The position numbers were made by a program, and so were the translations under genes. 64,000 bases of DNA from Octopus sinensis (Eukaryota): contig NC_043006.1 of NCBI RefSeq assembly GCF_006345805.1, forward strand, positions 84,320,001 to 84,384,000. The letters are read 5' to 3'. The notes beneath the pieces were generated by a model that was given only the letters and a program-made list of their open reading frames with translations, made no database searches and had not been told where the DNA came from. Below, one piece after another: positions 63,861 through 64,000 of the stretch (positions are counted from its first letter, which is position 1; each line of letters starts with the position of its first letter).

Positions 63861-64000
63861 AACATACATACATACATACATACATACATACATACATACA
63901 TACAACTACATACATACATACATACATACATACATACATACAATACATACAATACATACATACATTCATACATACATACATACATACATACATACATACA
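63104..64000. repeat. (ACAT)n/(CATT)n compound tetranucleotide array running to the window end
   Basis: Direct reading. Confidence 0.95.

Overview
Eukaryotic (animal) genomic DNA that is AT-rich and very dense in microsatellites. The SINE families, microsatellite load and TTAGGG repeat suggest a cephalopod, probably an octopus; this is an inference. No host-gene exon could be supported, and almost all ORFs in the supplied track are translated simple repeats. The window is a mosaic of three tRNA-derived SINE families, decayed retrotransposons (R4/Dong-type, Tx1/L1-type, RTE, Penelope-like), DNA transposon remnants (mariner, pogo/Tigger, hAT MITEs, Helitrons) and one 100-N gap. The standout is a 4.5-kb tandem array (9936-14416) of a ~491-bp unit: 8 direct copies plus one inverted ~1.1 copy. 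Every unit carries a complete type I hammerhead ribozyme with an invariant core (ATTCCTTA-CTGATGA-stem II-GAAA-CGGTGCATCG-TA/TAAGGAAT) and an unusually long, G-U-rich stem II extension. It looks like a retrozyme or hammerhead satellite that could yield ~491-nt self-cleaved, possibly circular RNAs. At least six other hammerhead or hammerhead-like motif families lie in Penelope-type terminal repeats elsewhere in the window. Two of them share the array's 5'-inversion geometry, and one is joined to a tRNA-like SINE head. All RNA structures were paired by eye and not computed.
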